Part shown: in pieces, positions 14,868 to 25,364 of the stretch
Position numbering within the stretch: position 1 is the stretch's first letter
How the letters are laid out: each line of letters starts with the position of its first letter
Virus record (IMG/VR): IMGVR_UViG_2061766007_000596
DNA from: an uncultured virus (IMG/VR IMGVR_UViG_2061766007_000596)
Lineage: Duplodnaviria > Heunggongvirae > Uroviricota > Caudoviricetes
Direction: 5' to 3' (one strand)
Length of the DNA: 64,000 bases
Notes under the pieces: generated by a model
Databases searched by the model: none
The model's input: the letters and a program-made list of their open reading frames with translations, nothing else
What the model was told of the DNA's origin: nothing
Translations under genes and position numbers: made by a program

Positions 14868-16106
14868 ATGGGAGAACAACATTTTTGTCCTAAATGTCGT
14901 AGGACTATGGATGAAAAAAATTTTTATACATATAAAGATGGTACCAAATGTGAATTATGCAAAGCTTGTTTAACTATGCATATTAATAATTTTGATCCTT
15001 CTACTTTTATGTGGTTACTTGAAAAATTTGATGTTCCTTATATAGAGCATGAATGGAATGTTCTTAGAGATAGAGCATATGCTAAAGATCCTTACAAAAT
15101 GACTGGTATGAGTGTATTTGGTAAATATCTTTCAAAAATGAAACTAAAACAATGGAAGATGTATACGTGGGAAGATACAGAAAGATTAAAGGCGGAAGCT
15201 GAAGAAAAAGCTAAATTGTATGGTAAACCACAAGATATTGCTCAACAACAGTTAGAAGATATGAAAGCAGCTTATGAAAATGGAGAAATTTCAGAGGCTC
15301 AATACTTAACATATGCGGAAACCCATGCTCCAGAACCTGTTGCATCACCGGAAGTAACGAGTGCGGAAACTCATTTAAATAAATCCAGTTCCCAGTCATC
15401 TCCATATCCAGTAAATAATACAGAATTTGAAGTTGTAGAATTGCCGGATGTAGGAAATGAATTAACTGAAGAAGATAAAATTTATCTTGCTATGAAATGG
15501 GGAAGGTTGTATCGTCCTGATGAATGGGTTACATTAGAGCAAACTTATAATGATTTTATGAATTCATTTGATATACAAGGGGCGGCACGTATTGATACAT
15601 TAAAGATGATATGTAAAACATCTTTAAAAATGAATCAAGCTATAGACTGCGGGGATGTGGAATCTTATCAGAAACTTTCAAGAGTTTATGATGCTATGAT
15701 GAAATCCGCAAAGTTTACAGAAGCTCAGCGTAAGGAAGAAAAATCTGGAGATTTTGATGCGGTTGGTCAAATTGTTTTCTTTGCTGAAAAAGAAGGCGGG
15801 AAGATTGATCGTTATAAATTAGATACTCCATTAGATAAAATAGATGAAGCTATTTTGGATTTAAAGAAATATAATCATGATTTGATTGTAAATGATCCAG
15901 GTATCTCACAAATGCTTGAAAATCTCATCAAGAGAAGAGATAGTGCAATAAGTCAAAAGGAAGATTTAAAGGCTGCGGAGGCGGAAGGCCTTGATTATGT
16001 TCCTATTAATGATGAAGATTATGAAGAATTTAATAAGTTATTAGAGGAAAGAGACCAAGTATCCGCAATGGAGGTAGAAGAAGATGAGCCTACAGAATCT
16101 GCTTGA
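14868..16106 (+). CDS. Zn-finger protein, possible terminase small subunit
   Basis: N-terminal CPKC...CKAC; overlaps the terL start; functional call is positional. Confidence 0.45.
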   Translation: MGEQHFCPKCRRTMDEKNFYTYKDGTKCELCKACLTMHINNFDPSTFMWLLEKFDVPYIEHEWNVLRDRAYAKDPYKMTGMSVFGKYLSKMKLKQWKMYTWEDTERLKAEAEEKAKLYGKPQDIAQQQLEDMKAAYENGEISEAQYLTYAETHAPEPVASPEVTSAETHLNKSSSQSSPYPVNNTEFEVVELPDVGNELTEEDKIYLAMKWGRLYRPDEWVTLEQTYNDFMNSFDIQGAARIDTLKMICKTSLKMNQAIDCGDVESYQKLSRVYDAMMKSAKFTEAQRKEEKSGDFDAVGQIVFFAEKEGGKIDRYKLDTPLDKIDEAILDLKKYNHDLIVNDPGISQMLENLIKRRDSAISQKEDLKAAEAEGLDYVPINDEDYEEFNKLLEERDQVSAMEVEEDEPTESA

Positions 16107-17826
16107 TTTATCATCATCTCGTTCTATTGTTAAAGAAGAGGTATCAGAAGAACGTCTTAGACAAAATTTAGATGCTATTAGACAAGAAATTGCTTTTTAC
16201 AGAGAATATCCAGATATATTTGTAGATACTGTAAAAGGTCCAGATTGTACTTTTAAATTTAGAGATACACAAAGAATTTTCCTTAGGTCAATAATGAGAC
16301 ACCGCTATGTTTATTGTACTTTTACTCGTGGTTTCAGTAAATCATTTTTGGCTATTATGGGGTTGATGTTGAAGGCTGTTCTTTTCCCTGGTAGTAAAGT
16401 ATTTGTTACTACTGGCGGAAAGGAGCAGGCGGCAATGATTACTATTTCTAAAGTAGAAGAAATATGTAAGTTAATTCCTTTCTTCCAGAATGAAATAAAT
16501 TGGGATAGAGGTGTTTCTACTAAATCTAAGGATAATGTTAAATATGTATTTAAGAATGGTTCTGAATTAGATATTTTGGCGGCAAGGGAATCTTCCAGAG
16601 GTCAGAGACGTAATGGAGGAGTAATGGAGGAGGTTATCCTTATTGAAGAAACTCCTTTGAATGAAATTATTCTTCCTACCATGAACGTTGATAGATTGCT
16701 TCCTGATGGGACATCAGATCCTGATGAAGTGGTAAATCAATCTCAGGTTTATATTACATCTGCGGGATGGAAGAATTCTTTTGCTTATGGTAAGTTAATT
16801 GAAATATTACTTAACTCTGTTATTTATCCAGATAGATATATGACATTAGGTGGGGATTATAAATTAGCTATTCTTGAAGGTGCTGTTAAGGAAGATATGG
16901 TAGATGAAATGAAACTTAATGGTACTTATAATGAAGCATCATTTGATAGAGAGTATGGAAGTGTTTGGTCAGGTGATGTAGAAAATGCTTATTTCTCAAA
17001 TGATGTATTTGAGAAGCATAGAATATTATTACAACCTGAGTATGAATATAGCGGGAGGTCGTCCAAATCCGCATATTATGTTATAGGAGTCGACGTAGGT
17101 AGAAAAGGTTGTAATTCTGAGGCTTGTATTATTAAAGTAACGCCTCAACCGCAAGGTGACGCTCTCAAGACTCTTGTTTGTATTCATTCACTTGCGGCAG
17201 AGCATTTTGAAACTCAAGCTATTCATTTAAAGAAATTGTATTTTAAGTATAAAGCTAGGGCTCTTGTTATAGATGCTAATGGTATCGGTGCGGGTTTGGT
17301 CGATTATATGGTTAAAGCTCAAATTGATCCTGAAGATGGTTCTACTCTTGTTCCTTTTGGAGTAGAGGGCGGAAGTTATGAAGAGGCTATTTCAGATTAT
17401 AAAAAATTTAGAACTGATGATATGGAAGCTAATGCTATGTATTTAATTAAAGCTAATGCGCCTTTTAATACAGAAGCTCATGCTTATGTTCAAACTCAAA
17501 TGGCTAGTGGTAAAATTAAATTTTTAATAGATGAGCAAACTGCGAAAGCAAAATTACTTAGCACAAAGAAGGGTCAGAATATGACTCCAGATGAACGTAA
17601 TGAATATTTAATGCCTTTTCAACAGACTAGTATTCTTAAAGACCAGATGCTTAATCTTGTTGAATCAAATGAAGGTATTAATATTATATTAAAACAAAAT
17701 AATAAAAGTATCCCTAAAGATAAATTTTCTGCTTTTGAATATGGAATGTCATATATAAAACAAGAGGAAGAAAAGAGAAAGAAAAGAAAAGGTAGGGATA
17801 TTAGTAAAATGTTATTTTTCTCTTAA
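16084..17826 (+). CDS. terL: terminase large subunit
   Basis: Walker A-like TRGFSKS, Walker B-like RG...GVMEE, coupling motif ITSA, nuclease IGVDVGR and KDKFSA. Confidence 0.9.
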   Translation: MSLQNLLDLSSSRSIVKEEVSEERLRQNLDAIRQEIAFYREYPDIFVDTVKGPDCTFKFRDTQRIFLRSIMRHRYVYCTFTRGFSKSFLAIMGLMLKAVLFPGSKVFVTTGGKEQAAMITISKVEEICKLIPFFQNEINWDRGVSTKSKDNVKYVFKNGSELDILAARESSRGQRRNGGVMEEVILIEETPLNEIILPTMNVDRLLPDGTSDPDEVVNQSQVYITSAGWKNSFAYGKLIEILLNSVIYPDRYMTLGGDYKLAILEGAVKEDMVDEMKLNGTYNEASFDREYGSVWSGDVENAYFSNDVFEKHRILLQPEYEYSGRSSKSAYYVIGVDVGRKGCNSEACIIKVTPQPQGDALKTLVCIHSLAAEHFETQAIHLKKLYFKYKARALVIDANGIGAGLVDYMVKAQIDPEDGSTLVPFGVEGGSYEEAISDYKKFRTDDMEANAMYLIKANAPFNTEAHAYVQTQMASGKIKFLIDEQTAKAKLLSTKKGQNMTPDERNEYLMPFQQTSILKDQMLNLVESNEGINIILKQNNKSIPKDKFSAFEYGMSYIKQEEEKRKKRKGRDISKMLFFS

Positions 17827-17832
17827 TTTTTT

Positions 17833-17876
17833 GGGCGCACAAAGTTAAAGAAATAAGAAGTAAATTTAAGTATAAT
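17833..17876 (+). promoter_or_regulatory. putative phage-specific late promoter motif (also 30968, 39630, 46874, 54900 truncated, 60137)
   Basis: GGDC-N9-TAR-N17-TTAWDT with invariant spacing. Confidence 0.6.
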
Positions 17877-17904
17877 TAGTAAGAAAGGTAGGATAATAAA
17901 GAAA

Positions 17905-18261
17905 ATGAAGTCAAGTAGAGGAGAGATTAAAATTTGTGATATATTAAATGCTGCTGGCGTTTCTTATCAAGAAGAATATTCTTTTCCTGATTTAGTTGCT
18001 GAAAGTGGTCGAGCTCTTAGATTTGATTTCGCTGTTTTTGATGATGATGGTAATATTGATTTTTTAATCGAATATCAAGGTATTCAACATTTTGAAGCTA
18101 AATCAAAATTTGGTGGAGTAAAGGGTTTATATCAACAAAAGCATAATGATGCTAAAAAAAGAAATTATTGTCTTACACATGGATATACGCTTGTTGCTAT
18201 TCCTTATTGGGATGAGTCTATAATGGATTATGATTATATATTCAAGGCGGCAGGCTATTAA
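17905..18261 (+). CDS. PD-(D/E)xK / Vsr-DUF559-like endonuclease
   Basis: SRGE...LRFDFAV...LIEYQGIQH...DAKKRNYC...LVAIPYW. Confidence 0.75.
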   Translation: MKSSRGEIKICDILNAAGVSYQEEYSFPDLVAESGRALRFDFAVFDDDGNIDFLIEYQGIQHFEAKSKFGGVKGLYQQKHNDAKKRNYCLTHGYTLVAIPYWDESIMDYDYIFKAAGY

Positions 18262-18286
18262 TAATGAGCATTAATTTGGCAAAGAC

Positions 18287-18315
18287 TTGACTTTTTGCCA
18301 AATTTTTGTTATAAT
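18287..18315 (+). promoter_or_regulatory. sigma-A promoter for the portal/head genes
   Basis: TTGACT-17-TATAAT. Confidence 0.75.
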
Positions 18316-18349
18316 AATATAGATGAAGGATTTAAAGGAGGTATCTTTT

Positions 18350-19972
18350 TTGCGTAATCGAATAGAAGATATTAAAGCTAAAGGTTTTAATATGCAAACC
18401 CAGTTAGATACCAATCAAAATCAACCTTCAGGATATGCGGGAATCCCTACCTTAGACTTTTCGAAGATTAAGGTAGGTGCAAAAACTCTTGATGATGCTA
18501 TTTTACAATTAGGTGATTATAAAAATATTAATCCAAGATTAGCTGATAAAGCCAATGTATTAAGAGCTATTGATACAGGCGATATAAAATTAATGAGAGA
18601 AATATCAGATTTCTTTTATAAGACAAGTGGTATTTATTCTAGAATCTTAAGATATATGGCTTTTATGTATAGGTATGATTGGATGGTTACTCCTTATGTA
18701 AATGATGAAAAAGTAAAACAAGAAAAATTATTAGATGGTTTTCATAAAAGTTTAAGAATGTTAGATAATTATGGAGTTAAAAAACATCTAGGTGAAATTG
18801 CTTTAAAAGTTTTACGTTATGGTGTATATTATGGATATAAAGTACCTTTTAATAATAGTATAACTCTTCAAGAGTTACCACCCAATTATTGTAGAACTAG
18901 ATATTTTTGTGGAAATAAACCAGCAGTTGAATTTAATATGAGGTTCTTTGATGAACAATATAGAAATACTGCACAAAGAATGAAAATATTAGAACTATTT
19001 CCTGATGAATTTAAGAAGGGATATATCCTTTATAAAAAAGGGAAGTTACCTCCAGATTTTCAAGGAGATACAAGTGGTTGGTATTTATTAGATCCTAAGC
19101 AAACAGTTAGATTTACTGTAAGTGGTGAAGAATATCCAGCTTTTATTTCAGTTATACCTCTTTTAATTGACCTTGATGAAGCACAAGCTTTAGATAGGAA
19201 AAAGACTTTACAAAGGCTTTTAAAAATTGTAATACAGAAAATGCCTTTAGATAAAAATGGTGAATTAATATTTGATATTGATGAAGCACAAGCTTTACAT
19301 AATAATGCAGTACAAATGTTAAGTAGAGCAATAGGTGTTGATGTATTGACTACTTTTGCAGATGTTGATGTTGCGGATATGCAAGATACACGCGGAACCG
19401 CGCAGACTGATGATTTACAGAGAGTAGAAAGACAAGTCTTTAATGAAGCTGGAGTATCTCAAATGCAATTTAATACTGATGGTAATATTGCATTAGAGAA
19501 ATCAATTTTAAATGATGAAGCGACCATGTATAATATGTTGCTTCAATTTGAAGAGTTTTTAAATGAACTCTTAGAACCTTATAATACTAATGTTAAAAAA
19601 GTAGAATATAGAGTTCAACTCTTAACTACTACAATTTATAATTACAAAGATTTAGCTAAGTTATATAAGGAACAAATGCAAGTGGGCTTCTCTAAGATGC
19701 TTGCTCAAATTGCTTTAGGGCAGAGTCAGAGTAGTATTTTAGCAAACGCTTACTTCGAGAATGATATTCTTGATTTGGTTAATGTATTTATTCCTCCATT
19801 AATGAGTTCTACTATGAATGAGAATATTCTTAATAGAGTAAAAAGTAATGGCGGGCAGGCGGGATCTGGAGATCCTAGTAAGTCAGGCTCAGGAGAAGGA
19901 GCTGGTAGAAAAGAATTGCCAGATGATCAAAAGTCTGCAAAAACAATAGCTAATAAAGAAAGTCAAAGTTAA
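18350..19972 (+). CDS. portal protein (probable TTG start at 18350)
   Basis: ~540 aa between terL and the protease; C-terminal G-rich tail with GRKELPDDQKS; AAGGAGG RBS. Confidence 0.8.
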   Translation: MRNRIEDIKAKGFNMQTQLDTNQNQPSGYAGIPTLDFSKIKVGAKTLDDAILQLGDYKNINPRLADKANVLRAIDTGDIKLMREISDFFYKTSGIYSRILRYMAFMYRYDWMVTPYVNDEKVKQEKLLDGFHKSLRMLDNYGVKKHLGEIALKVLRYGVYYGYKVPFNNSITLQELPPNYCRTRYFCGNKPAVEFNMRFFDEQYRNTAQRMKILELFPDEFKKGYILYKKGKLPPDFQGDTSGWYLLDPKQTVRFTVSGEEYPAFISVIPLLIDLDEAQALDRKKTLQRLLKIVIQKMPLDKNGELIFDIDEAQALHNNAVQMLSRAIGVDVLTTFADVDVADMQDTRGTAQTDDLQRVERQVFNEAGVSQMQFNTDGNIALEKSILNDEATMYNMLLQFEEFLNELLEPYNTNVKKVEYRVQLLTTTIYNYKDLAKLYKEQMQVGFSKMLAQIALGQSQSSILANAYFENDILDLVNVFIPPLMSSTMNENILNRVKSNGGQAGSGDPSKSGSGEGAGRKELPDDQKSAKTIANKESQS

Positions 19973-19985
19973 AGGAGATTAGAAT

Positions 19986-21428
19986 ATGGCTACGAATAGA
20001 TTAAGTGTTGCTACTATTTCTTCTCCAGAGTTTATTAATATTGAAGGAATCAGTCCTTTCGCCTCTAAATGTGAAGTTAAAGTACTTTACGTGGGCGGGA
20101 ATCGGAATGGTTCTTATATCACTAAAGAAGTAGCTACTCAAATGGCACAAACTCTTCCAGGTTGTCCTATTGTTGGTTATTATAGTGAGAATCAAGATGA
20201 TTTTCGTGACCACGGAGATCAAATGATTATAGATGGAGATGGGGTTAAATTTAAATGTTTAACTACTCCTTATGGTTTTGTTGCTCCTAATGCTAAAGTT
20301 TGGTTTCAGGAGTTTGAAGATACAGACGAATTTGGTAATACGATACTTCGTACTTATTTAATGACTGAAGGGTATCTTTGGACTGAACAATACAAAGCGG
20401 CTCAAAAAGTTATTAGTGAAGGTCGTCCACAATCAATGGAATTGGATGAAAAAACTTTAAAAGGTCATTGGTCAACAGACGTTAATCGTGGTATTGATTT
20501 CTTCATTATTAATGACGCTATTTTTTCTAAACTTTGTATTTTAGGAGAAGATGTAGAACCTTGCTTTGAAGGTGCTAGTGTTACTGCTCCACAAGTTAGT
20601 TCTACTTTTAGCAAAAATGATAAGTTTACTCATACATTATTTACAATGATGAATGAATTAAAAGAACTTATGTTAAATGATAAAGGAGGAGAATCAATGT
20701 CTGTTAGTAAGGAATATGTTGTTCTTGACAGTGGTGAACCTGCAAAGGTTGAAGAACCAATTGTTGAGGTTGAAGTTCCTGCAGCTGAACCAGTTGTAGA
20801 GACAGCACCAGCTCCCGCAGAAGAAAAAATTGAAATTTCTTTAAAAGCTGAGGACAAAGCTGATTTAGAGAATAGCATTGAAAATGAAGATATTACAGAA
20901 GACTTCGTAAAAAAGAATTCTGATGATGAAGAGAAGAAAGAAACCGATGAAGAAGATGCTAATGCAGAGGATTCAGAAGGTGAGGAAAAGAAGTCAGAAG
21001 ATTCAGAAGAAGAAGATGATAAAAAGAAACCGTCTAAGAATTCTTTGGAAGAGAAGTATGCTCTTCTTGAGCAGCAATATAATGAACTTCAAGAGAAGTT
21101 TAATGCTTTAGAAGAAGAGAATTCCGCTCTTGTTACTTTTAAGAAGACAGTAGAAGATGAAAAGAAAGATGCTTTAATTAATAGTTTCTATATGCTTTCT
21201 GATGAAGATAAGAAGAACGTAATTAATAATAAGTCTAATTATACATTAGATGAAATTGAAAAAGAACTTTCAGTAATTTGTGTTAGAAAGAAAGTTAATT
21301 TTAATCTTGACGAAGAAAATGCTACTGAAAAAGAAGTAGTACCTACAACCTATAATATTAATGAGGTAGAGGATGATAATCTTCCCGCATGGTTAAAGGC
21401 TGTAGAAGCGAGAAAAAACGCTGAATAA
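19986..21428 (+). CDS. prohead protease/scaffold protein
   Basis: NRNGS, PQSMEL and LCILG..VEPCFEGA motifs followed by an acidic coiled-coil scaffold region. Confidence 0.75.
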   Translation: MATNRLSVATISSPEFINIEGISPFASKCEVKVLYVGGNRNGSYITKEVATQMAQTLPGCPIVGYYSENQDDFRDHGDQMIIDGDGVKFKCLTTPYGFVAPNAKVWFQEFEDTDEFGNTILRTYLMTEGYLWTEQYKAAQKVISEGRPQSMELDEKTLKGHWSTDVNRGIDFFIINDAIFSKLCILGEDVEPCFEGASVTAPQVSSTFSKNDKFTHTLFTMMNELKELMLNDKGGESMSVSKEYVVLDSGEPAKVEEPIVEVEVPAAEPVVETAPAPAEEKIEISLKAEDKADLENSIENEDITEDFVKKNSDDEEKKETDEEDANAEDSEGEEKKSEDSEEEDDKKKPSKNSLEEKYALLEQQYNELQEKFNALEEENSALVTFKKTVEDEKKDALINSFYMLSDEDKKNVINNKSNYTLDEIEKELSVICVRKKVNFNLDEENATEKEVVPTTYNINEVEDDNLPAWLKAVEARKNAE

Positions 21429-21449
21429 TAATTAGGAGGAAATAAGAAT

Positions 21450-22100
21450 ATGGCTTTTACAAGAGTAGGATACGGCCAGGTAGAGCCTAACCAGTTATCA
21501 GCCCAAAAGACAGGTCAGATTTATGCAAGTCTTCCACTTGATACTGATGTAAATGTACTTCAGAATGGTGAATTCATGTATTATGATTATGTTTCTGGAA
21601 CAGTTTCAGCTGATGATTCAACTGGTATTGCTGAACCTATGCTCGTATTTAATGAAATTAAGCTTTATGAGCCTTTCTGGAGAAGGTCTTACAAAGATTT
21701 TGCTATGATTAGAGTTGGTGATAATTATGTTACTTCTACATTAGCAGTTAATGGACCTATTGAAGGAAGATATGATGATGGTGCTCTTACAACTGGTATT
21801 CCAGCTAATCCTGCACATCCTGATTATCCATATAGAATGGATGGTATTGCACCTCGTCTCTTTAAGACAAATATTGGTGATATTTACACAACAAACATGG
21901 TAGAGGCTGATGATCCTGTAGCTGGTACAACTGTTACTTATGCAGTAGGTAATCTCCTTGAGCCTGTTAAGAATACTACAACAAACACACTCCAGCTTAA
22001 GAAAGCAACTGGAACACCTACAGGTATGGCATGGGCAGTTGTTAAGGTTTATACAATGCCAGATGGTCAGGATGCCCTTAAGCTTCAGAGAGTACAGTAA
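21450..22100 (+). CDS. capsid decoration/stabilising protein
   Basis: 216-aa beta-rich protein between scaffold and capsid. Confidence 0.55.
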   Translation: MAFTRVGYGQVEPNQLSAQKTGQIYASLPLDTDVNVLQNGEFMYYDYVSGTVSADDSTGIAEPMLVFNEIKLYEPFWRRSYKDFAMIRVGDNYVTSTLAVNGPIEGRYDDGALTTGIPANPAHPDYPYRMDGIAPRLFKTNIGDIYTTNMVEADDPVAGTTVTYAVGNLLEPVKNTTTNTLQLKKATGTPTGMAWAVVKVYTMPDGQDALKLQRVQ

Positions 22101-22118
22101 GATAGGAGGAAATAGATT

Positions 22119-23165
22119 ATGGCATTACAGTTTAATGATCTTTTAAAGTTAGCTAAGACTGTTGCAAAAGCTAATCCTTCTGCTCCTACTGCCTATAGTT
22201 TTGGAGATAAAAGTTTTGGATATAGCGAGATGCAAGAGACTCTTAGAGATGAGTTTAAAGAAATCGCTGGAACATATGCTCTTTACAGACAGAACAGAAA
22301 TACTGTTTTTGAACTTTTAGAGCAGACTATTGACGATGTACTTCCTCAGAAAGTAATGCAGAATTATTCTTCATTTGCTGAGATTAAGACATTCGCACAG
22401 GGTGACAAGCCCATTTTTACACAGAAAATTACATTAGCTTCTAAGACACGTGCTAAACAGTTCATCGGTAAGGTTGGACTTGCAGGTCTTTATGAAGTAT
22501 TCAAGCTTGATGGACAGAGTTATGAAGTAACAACAAATGCTATCGGCGGAGCTGCTCAGATTGGATTTGAGGAATGGCTTGATGGTAGAGTAGATTTTGC
22601 TGATGTGCTTGATATTGTTATGCAGGGTCTCGACGAGTGTATTTATGTTGAGATTGAGAAACAGCTCTCTGGTGCTGTAGCTAGCATTAATCCTAATAAC
22701 TTTGTTTCAACAACAGGTTTCAATGAGGCAGCATTTGATAAATTACTTAGTAAAGCTGATTCTTATGCTAAGTCAGCAATTTACTGCACATATGAATTTG
22801 CAGCAGCTATGCTTTCTTCTGTAAGTTCAAACTGGATTTCTGATGATATGAAGAATCAGAGATGGAATAATGGTTACATTGCTAACTATAAAGGACACCA
22901 GGTTATCGTTCTTGCTCAGTCTTGGGAGCCTAATAATGTAGGTCCTAATGGAACAAGAGTTATTTATCCAGGTTATGCTTACATTATTCCTGTAGGTGCT
23001 GATAAGCCTGTTAAGATTGCTTTTGAAGGACAGACCATTGTTGATGATTACACAAATTTTGATAGATCAAGAGAAGTTCAGATCTATAAGAAGGTTGGCG
23101 TTCGTGCTATCTTCTCACAGGCTATTTGTGTATATGAAAATGATGCTTTAACAAGGACTGCTTAA
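22119..23165 (+). CDS. major capsid protein
   Basis: 348 aa; position, strongly biased codon use, terminator immediately downstream. Confidence 0.8.
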   Translation: MALQFNDLLKLAKTVAKANPSAPTAYSFGDKSFGYSEMQETLRDEFKEIAGTYALYRQNRNTVFELLEQTIDDVLPQKVMQNYSSFAEIKTFAQGDKPIFTQKITLASKTRAKQFIGKVGLAGLYEVFKLDGQSYEVTTNAIGGAAQIGFEEWLDGRVDFADVLDIVMQGLDECIYVEIEKQLSGAVASINPNNFVSTTGFNEAAFDKLLSKADSYAKSAIYCTYEFAAAMLSSVSSNWISDDMKNQRWNNGYIANYKGHQVIVLAQSWEPNNVGPNGTRVIYPGYAYIIPVGADKPVKIAFEGQTIVDDYTNFDRSREVQIYKKVGVRAIFSQAICVYENDALTRTA

Positions 23166-23180
23166 TTTATATAGGAAATA

Positions 23181-23212
23181 ATGGGGGAGAGTATTCTTCC
23201 CCCATATTTCTT
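23181..23212 (+). terminator. intrinsic terminator after the capsid gene
   Basis: ATGGGGGAG...TTCCCCCAT followed by a T-rich tract. Confidence 0.7.
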
Positions 23213-23235
23213 TATTATGAGATAAAAGGAGATAT

Positions 23236-23826
23236 TTGAATATGGCAATTAAGGATGATGATTTAATCGTTGTTCGTAATAGAAATAGAGGAGAAACTTG
23301 GTTTGAGGTTGATGAAAAATGGACTTCATTTGCAATTAATGAAGTAAAGAAAATTCCATTTAAAACTCTCCAGGCTTTGACTTATGTTCCTGGTGGACAA
23401 TATACATTAGATAACTACTTAGTAGTTGAAAATGAAGAGGCTTTAGATCTTTTAAACATGAAAGTAGAGCCAGAATATTTTTACACAGATGATAAAATTA
23501 GACAAATTCTTTTTGAAGCTAGTTATGATGAGTTTGCGGATTTCCTTGATTTTGCTCCTAAAGGAGCTCTTGAAATCGCAAAGAATATTGCAGTTTCAGA
23601 AGAAATGCCTGATATGAAGAAAAGAGAAATGCTGGGTAAAAAGACAGGTTTAAACATCACAAGTGCAATTATGATTAATCATATGTCAGATGATGATGAA
23701 AATGAGAACAATGAGGCGGAAGCCCCTAAACAGCGTAGAGTTCAGGTTGAGAAACCTGCAGTTGAAACTAAAACTCGTAGAGTTGAGGTTCCCGCTGATA
23801 AAGATAAAATAGTAATTAAAAAGTAA
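23236..23826 (+). CDS. hypothetical virion-module protein
   Basis: 196 aa, AAGGAG RBS. Confidence 0.6.
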   Translation: MNMAIKDDDLIVVRNRNRGETWFEVDEKWTSFAINEVKKIPFKTLQALTYVPGGQYTLDNYLVVENEEALDLLNMKVEPEYFYTDDKIRQILFEASYDEFADFLDFAPKGALEIAKNIAVSEEMPDMKKREMLGKKTGLNITSAIMINHMSDDDENENNEAEAPKQRRVQVEKPAVETKTRRVEVPADKDKIVIKK

Positions 23827-23848
23827 TTAACAACAGAAGGAGGTTTAT

Positions 23849-24463
23849 ATGGCACAACAAAATGCTACTACCTCTTTCATAACCATATATGATAGCTTTT
23901 GGGGTCGAGTGACAGATGATATGTTTTTAGAACTGACTGAGTTAGATACATTAGAAATGTTACAAGACCTATTGCTAAACGGACTACCTCGTTTTGAGTT
24001 TCCTAGATTTGATATTTTTGATTATGAGCTTGGCACATGGCAAGGGCTAGGAACTTATTGTGGAGTAGAAAGTGATAATAAAGAGGTGCCTATTACCGGC
24101 TGGGTAGGAGGCGCCTTTAATTATGCCTTGACCGATGAAGAAATTAATATTATAGCTTTAAATATGGTTATAGAGTGGTTAAGCCAACAGTTAGATACTA
24201 CTGAGAATACTAGAGAAAAGTACAGCGGAAGCGACTTTAAATTTACTTCTCAAGCTAACCACATGGCAAAATTAAAAGTTCTTATAGATGCACAGAAACA
24301 AGATTCTGTTCATCTTCAAAGAATATATAAAAGAAGAAGGTTCACTACTAATGGTGCCCAATCCGCTATGGGAGATATTATATCTAAACCCAGTTATGGT
24401 GTGACTGAGAGAGATATAAATAGAGCTGGATTTTGGAATAGGCGGGCATCACATGGTTTTTAA
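23849..24463 (+). CDS. putative head-tail adaptor
   Basis: Position after the capsid; DFKFTSQANHM segment. Confidence 0.5.
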   Translation: MAQQNATTSFITIYDSFWGRVTDDMFLELTELDTLEMLQDLLLNGLPRFEFPRFDIFDYELGTWQGLGTYCGVESDNKEVPITGWVGGAFNYALTDEEINIIALNMVIEWLSQQLDTTENTREKYSGSDFKFTSQANHMAKLKVLIDAQKQDSVHLQRIYKRRRFTTNGAQSAMGDIISKPSYGVTERDINRAGFWNRRASHGF

Positions 24464-24773
24464 ATATGATTTAGAGTTTGATATTGAAGCAATCGTTAAA
24501 AACATTGAACGATTGACTAATCAAATTTTTAAATTATTGCCAAGTAGAGAAGAAGGAGAAGATTGGGAAACTCCTTTACAGAACTTGATTTTAGAAATAA
24601 CTGGAATGAAAGCTTTATGGGTCGATCAAATAAAGCTGTTTTCTTTATTATGTAGATTGGAGGCGTTGTTGTCTTTAACTGATGAAGAAGATTTCTTAGC
24701 TTTTAGAAAACTTATTTTTGAATGTTTAAGGACAATGAATGAGATTAAAGAAGAATGTTTGAATCAGAATTAA
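24453..24773 (+). CDS. hypothetical protein
   Basis: 106 aa, coupled. Confidence 0.6.
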   Translation: MVFKYDLEFDIEAIVKNIERLTNQIFKLLPSREEGEDWETPLQNLILEITGMKALWVDQIKLFSLLCRLEALLSLTDEEDFLAFRKLIFECLRTMNEIKEECLNQN

Positions 24774-25364
24774 ATTATACTATTTATATGCATAGAAATA
24801 AAATTAATAATAAAATTTATATAGGTCAAACAAGTCGTTCAGTAGAAGAACGTTGGAGAAAGAATGGTTATGGATATAGAACTCAACCTAAATTTTATAA
24901 CGCCATTTTAAAATATGGTTGGGATAATTTTGAACATATTATTTTAGAACGAAATCTTTCTAAGGAAGANNNNNNNNNNNNNNNNNNNNNNNNNNNNNNN
25001 GATTTGTTATTATAATAGCATTGAAAATGGTTATAATTTATGTTCTGGAGGAAATAAAAATAAAACTTTTTCTGAAGAAGTAAAACAACATTTAAGTGAA
25101 GTTAAAAAAGGAAAAAGAAGTAATTTTTATGGGCATAAACATACTGAAGAAGCTAAAGCAACTATGAATGATAAAAAGAAAAAATATGTTTTATGTAAGA
25201 ATACTGGACAGATTTTTTTTGGCTTAAAAGAAGCGGCTGAGTGGGCGGGCATTAACAAAGGTCCAATTGGAGAGTGTTGTAGAGGAAAAACAAAGACTTC
25301 AGGAACTCACCCTATTACTGGTGAACGTTTATCTTGGCAGTATGTAGAGGAGCCAATATTATGA
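24755..25364 (+). mobile_element. GIY-YIG homing endonuclease with NUMOD-like C-terminus, split by an N-gap
   Basis: YTIYMHRNKINNKIYIGQT...RW; after the gap NGYN...FYGHKHTEEAK (NUMOD3-like) and IFFGLKEAAEW...IGECCRGK (NUMOD1-like). Confidence 0.8.
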
